A stretch of 64,000 nucleotides of DNA. Source: Takakia lepidozioides (Eukaryota; Plantae; Bryophyta). The number at the start of each line of letters is the position of its first letter. Within the stretch, counting starts at the first letter, position 1. A program made the position numbers and the translations under genes. The DNA lies in contig CM060732.1 of assembly GCA_030704615.1 (NCBI GenBank), positions 81,840,001-81,904,000 on the forward strand. The letters run 5' to 3'. Shown piece after piece: positions 60,361 to 64,000 of the stretch. Below the pieces are notes generated by a model. The model was not told the DNA's origin and did no database searches. It was given only the letters and a program-made list of their open reading frames with translations.

Positions 60361-60535
60361 TATGTTTCAGATTCAGAATAAAGTTTATTGTTGGAACCAT
60401 TTGTTCAATATCATCATGCCACAATGGTCTGGCCACTTGTCTATTTTTCAAAATCTGTCACAGCTGCACAAACCATTTTTCATGTATCACCCAAAAAGTG
60501 GTACCAATCACTTGTCTGTAGGCAACCACTCATGA

Positions 60536-63500
60536 TGTCGCGGCCCTTTGCCTTGAGGGCAGGGGGTCGGGACACATGAGGGGCTGCCCCTGTGGTGGGG
60601 GCAGCGGCAGCGATAGGTATGGGGGGCTGAAGCACCCTTGAGTGCCCAAGGCACTCAAGGAGGCGGAGGCGCTCACTAGGTGGAGCCCCGCACACCGGGT
60701 TGCGGTGGAGGTGGCTCCACAAGGGGTGGTGGTAGCTTAGTGGGACTTAGTGGGGGTGGCATAGGACTCACCATGGGGTGGAGACCTCGAGGTGGGAGTC
60801 GTGGGGAGTCTTGGGACTCATCACGGTCCATTGGGGCCGCGGTGAGTGGGCCAAGACTCACCGCGACTCACCACCGGGAGTCGAGGGTTTTCGTGGTGGT
60901 TCACCATAAAATGGCATGGCTGGTTATGAAACCCCCGCGGACAGCTACAGAAGTATATATAGGGAGTAGTAACCCGAGAACGGTGCAAGCCCGTTGGTGA
61001 CCAAAAACTAGTGAGGAAGCGAGCGAGCCGGAAAGCGACCAAAGAGTGGGGAGCTGTTCCGGACTGCCATCTACCAAAGGGAATTCTCCTAGTCCCAAAT
61101 AGGTGGAGGGTTTAGAGGGAAGCGAAAGGGGACCGTTATGTCCCAGTGAGCAGCCGAAACTCCAAGTTGGCCCGGCGGCCAGGTTGGGAGTCAGGCGCGC
61201 GCATCAAAGCGAGTAACTATGACTTGAAGGGGAGTTTACCGAACTGAGGTGTGCGACACTTGGTATCAGAGCTTAGAGTTCAGTACGCGATCGTCCTTGG
61301 GATTGGCCTCATCATGGGGTCGGGCAAGCCGAAGCGAAAGCGGAACGGCCCAAAAGATGATGATCCCGGTGAGCCGGATGGGGGCGACGTGTCACCGAGG
61401 CGGCCGTTTGAGGAAGCGATTAATGTTTCCGAAAACGAGGCCGCTCAGGAGCGGGAGGAATCCGAGGAGTCGGAGCCCGAGGAATCTTTGAGAGCTCCGA
61501 CAAACCAAGAGATGCCTCCCATGCCGGCAGCCTTTTGGGAAGGGTTGTTGGTGCAGTTTGGCGGGACGTTGAAAGACGTGTTGAACACAGCTAATGCCAC
61601 TTCCACCAAGGCAAAGTTTAAGGTGAAGCCTAAGGAACCCGGCACCTTCGAGGGCGTTCGAAACCGGAAGGCACTCAACACCTGGCTCCTGGAGCTAGAG
61701 CAGTACTTCCGAGCGGCCAAGTTGAGTGACGAGGATCGGGTGGAAGTGGCTCCCACCTATTTGAGGGGCTATGCTCAACAATGGTGGCAGAAACGCCTTC
61801 ACGACCGAGGCCCAAGCCCGGAAACCTTGAACTGGAGCGAGTTCAAGGAATTGATGAAGAGACAGTTTGTGCCCCTCAACGCATCCTGGCTTGCCCGGGA
61901 CAAGATGAGGAATTTGAAGCAAACAGATGACATTCGGGGGTATGTCCAGGCTTTCAATGTGCTGTTGCTCGAAGTCGCGGACATGGCAGAACCAGAAATG
62001 GTCTTCAACTTTGTGGCGGGACTGGCCCCATGGGCTAGGCGGAAGTTGGAGGAGAAGCCACCCAAGACTTTGAACGAGGCAATTGAGAGAGCTGAATGTT
62101 TCTCGGATGTCCCTAGGGGTGAGAGACAAGGCCGTACGGAGCTGAACCACAAGAAGACCCGGCGGGAAGGTGACTCCTCCCGACCGGTAAAGAAGTGGGA
62201 TAGGCCACGCGGCGAAAATGGCACGTGGAAATCGAAGGGAGGTCCTTCACACGTCAAGGCGGCACCCGGTGCTTCGAAAGGAAAAGCGGGTGGAGCGACT
62301 TATGGCGGACAGAAGGCGACCTTTGATGGAGTGTGTTTCAATTGCGGGGAGCCCGGGCACATGGCCAAGAAGTGCACGAAGCCCCGGCAATTGAACATGA
62401 CTCGGGCGACCACGGAGCTGTCGGAAGATACCATCAGTCGCTTGGTGGAAGCGGTGGTCGCCAGGACTTGCAAGGTAGGCAAATTTTCTTGTGAGTTGTA
62501 TCAGGAAACTGGCGCCTTACGAAAAGGGAGTCAGTTATTGTTCGTGGATGAGATAATATCCGGAACTAATGTGTCGTTGTTGGTGGACACAGGAGCGTCG
62601 CACTCCTTCATGACGCCGGCGGCGGCGCGAAAGTTGGGACTCCCGACAAGTGACGTGGGGGCCTCTATTGAGGTGCGCTCTGCCAAAGGAGAACCTCAGT
62701 TGGCGACAAGGTTGGCGTTTGATGTTCCTCTTCAACTGGGGAGTTGGGAGGGACGTGAGAACTTCACTATCTGCGAGATCGATGGAGTGGATCTCATTTT
62801 GGGAATGACCTTTTTGAGCAAATCCGGAGCGGTCATAGATGGCCGCAAGAGAGTAGTCACGCTGCCATGTGGGAATGGTGGCGAGGTTTTACGAGTGTCG
62901 GAAACGCCCAAATCCGTGGGAGGGCGAATAAACCTTCTATCAGCAAAGGAGTGGGCCGTGGAGGAGACACACGAGTCCCAGTTTTTGCTTTACATTAGAG
63001 AAGTGAAAGGAGAAGGCGATGGGGAGCCGAGCCCAGATTGGATCAAGGGGATTTTGGAGAAATACCAGGATGTGATGCCGGAGGATTTACCAAGCGGCTT
63101 GCCACCGCGAAGAGGAGTTGACCACAAAATTGAGGTGATACCGGGATCGGAACCGCCTGCCAAGGCGCCCTACCGGTTGAGCCACAAAGAGTTGGTCGAG
63201 CTGAAGACTCAGCTCAAAGATCTAATGTCAAAGGGGTACATCCGGCCGAGTAAGTCACCTTACGGAGCCCCGGTGCTATTTGCAGACAAGAAGGATGGGA
63301 CGCTGCGGATGTGTGTCGATTACAGGGCTCTGAATAAGGTGACTATCAAAAACCGGTACCCTTTGCCAAGGATCGACGACCTCTTCGATCGGTTGGCAGG
63401 AGCGAAGTATTTCAGCCGGATCGACTTGCGCTCCGGCTATCACCAAATTCGGGTGGCGGAAGGAGATGAGGAGAAGACCGCGTGCAGGACAAGGTATGGT

Positions 63501-64000
63501 TCATATGAGTTCTTGGTGATGCCTTTTGGGCTCACCAATGCACCAGCGACATTTAGCACGCTGATGAACAGCCTTTTCCAGGAGTGGTTGGATGACTTTG
63601 TGATCGTGTACATCGACGACATCTTGGTGTACTCGAAAACAAAGGAGGAGCACCTGGAGCACCTCAAAAGGGTGTTCCAAAAATTGCGAGAAGGGAAGCT
63701 GTATGCCAAAGCTTCAAAGTGCGAATTCGGGGTCACAAAAGTGGAGTTCTTGGGGCACGTGATTACACAGGATGGGATCAAAATGGATGACAGAAAGGTG
63801 AGGGCGATCTTGGACTGGGAGCCTCCGACTTCGGTCCCGGGAGTGCGATCCTTCCTAGGACTCGCCTCCTATTACCGGAAGTATGTGAGAAATTTCGCCA
63901 AGATCGCGGGGCCGCTGTCGGACCTTCTGTGTAAATCCAAAGTCTGGGTATGGAACACATTTTGTGGCCAAGCTTTTGCTGAATTGAAGCAGCGGATGAC
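60536..64000 (+). mobile_element. Ty3/gypsy chromovirus copy 3 (5' LTR 60536-61258, PBS 61261-61272), runs off the window
   Basis: Same family LTR and tRNA-iMet PBS; preceded by CATGA (expected TSD). Confidence 0.95.
61314..64000 (+). CDS. Single gag-pol ORF of gypsy copy 3, open to the window end
   Basis: ATG at 61314 is in frame with YIDD at 63609. It lacks the lesions of copies 1 and 2, and the ORF track reports no stop-terminated ORF in this frame. Confidence 0.88.
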   Translation, partial: MGSGKPKRKRNGPKDDDPGEPDGGDVSPRRPFEEAINVSENEAAQEREESEESEPEESLRAPTNQEMPPMPAAFWEGLLVQFGGTLKDVLNTANATSTKAKFKVKPKEPGTFEGVRNRKALNTWLLELEQYFRAAKLSDEDRVEVAPTYLRGYAQQWWQKRLHDRGPSPETLNWSEFKELMKRQFVPLNASWLARDKMRNLKQTDDIRGYVQAFNVLLLEVADMAEPEMVFNFVAGLAPWARRKLEEKPPKTLNEAIERAECFSDVPRGERQGRTELNHKKTRREGDSSRPVKKWDRPRGENGTWKSKGGPSHVKAAPGASKGKAGGATYGGQKATFDGVCFNCGEPGHMAKKCTKPRQLNMTRATTELSEDTISRLVEAVVARTCKVGKFSCELYQETGALRKGSQLLFVDEIISGTNVSLLVDTGASHSFMTPAAARKLGLPTSDVGASIEVRSAKGEPQLATRLAFDVPLQLGSWEGRENFTICEIDGVDLILGMTFLSKSGAVIDGRKRVVTLPCGNGGEVLRVSETPKSVGGRINLLSAKEWAVEETHESQFLLYIREVKGEGDGEPSPDWIKGILEKYQDVMPEDLPSGLPPRRGVDHKIEVIPGSEPPAKAPYRLSHKELVELKTQLKDLMSKGYIRPSKSPYGAPVLFADKKDGTLRMCVDYRALNKVTIKNRYPLPRIDDLFDRLAGAKYFSRIDLRSGYHQIRVAEGDEEKTACRTRYGSYEFLVMPFGLTNAPATFSTLMNSLFQEWLDDFVIVYIDDILVYSKTKEEHLEHLKRVFQKLREGKLYAKASKCEFGVTKVEFLGHVITQDGIKMDDRKVRAILDWEPPTSVPGVRSFLGLASYYRKYVRNFAKIAGPLSDLLCKSKVWVWNTFCGQAFAELKQRM

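Larger units (their letters stand above)
34067..64000 (+). mobile_element. CACTA/En-Spm element A (outer); right end beyond the window
   Basis: Terminus CACTACAACATATGAGCGTTTTTA at 34067 with ATGACTAC subterminal repeats; TnpA-like gene (minus) and transposase (plus); hosts a LINE, CACTA B and gypsy copy 3. Left flank is TTT. Confidence 0.85.

Overview
Eukaryotic land-plant genomic DNA; a non-seed plant is my inference from the TE repertoire and PPR motifs. One clear host gene is present: an S-adenosylmethionine decarboxylase (SAMDC, minus strand, ~1.6-4.8 kb) with the conserved overlapping tiny/small uORF pair. The rest is a deeply nested transposon cluster. From left to right it holds a full-length decayed piggyBac (TTAA TSD) with a neighbouring piggyBac-type MITE, a short retroposed fragment, a hairpin/poly-T tandem array, and a copia remnant cut by a probable Helitron end. 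That putative Helitron carries a zinc-finger/ULP1-protease pseudogene and two orphan ORFs. Next come two nested CACTA/En-Spm elements: A from 34067, and B at 40332-56237 inserted in A's transposase with an AGC TSD. There are also three copies of one chromodomain Ty3/gypsy family, a 5'-truncated LINE with a 15-bp TSD and a TTAA-flanked GG..CC MITE. Most notable: both CACTA elements have their transposase and TnpA-like genes head-to-head; element B's TnpA-like gene contains an FCP1/NIF phosphatase-like domain and B carries captured RPS3a/PPR fragments; and one gypsy copy has two LTRs of different haplotypes despite a perfect TSD. All domain calls are by motif recognition and no searches were run.
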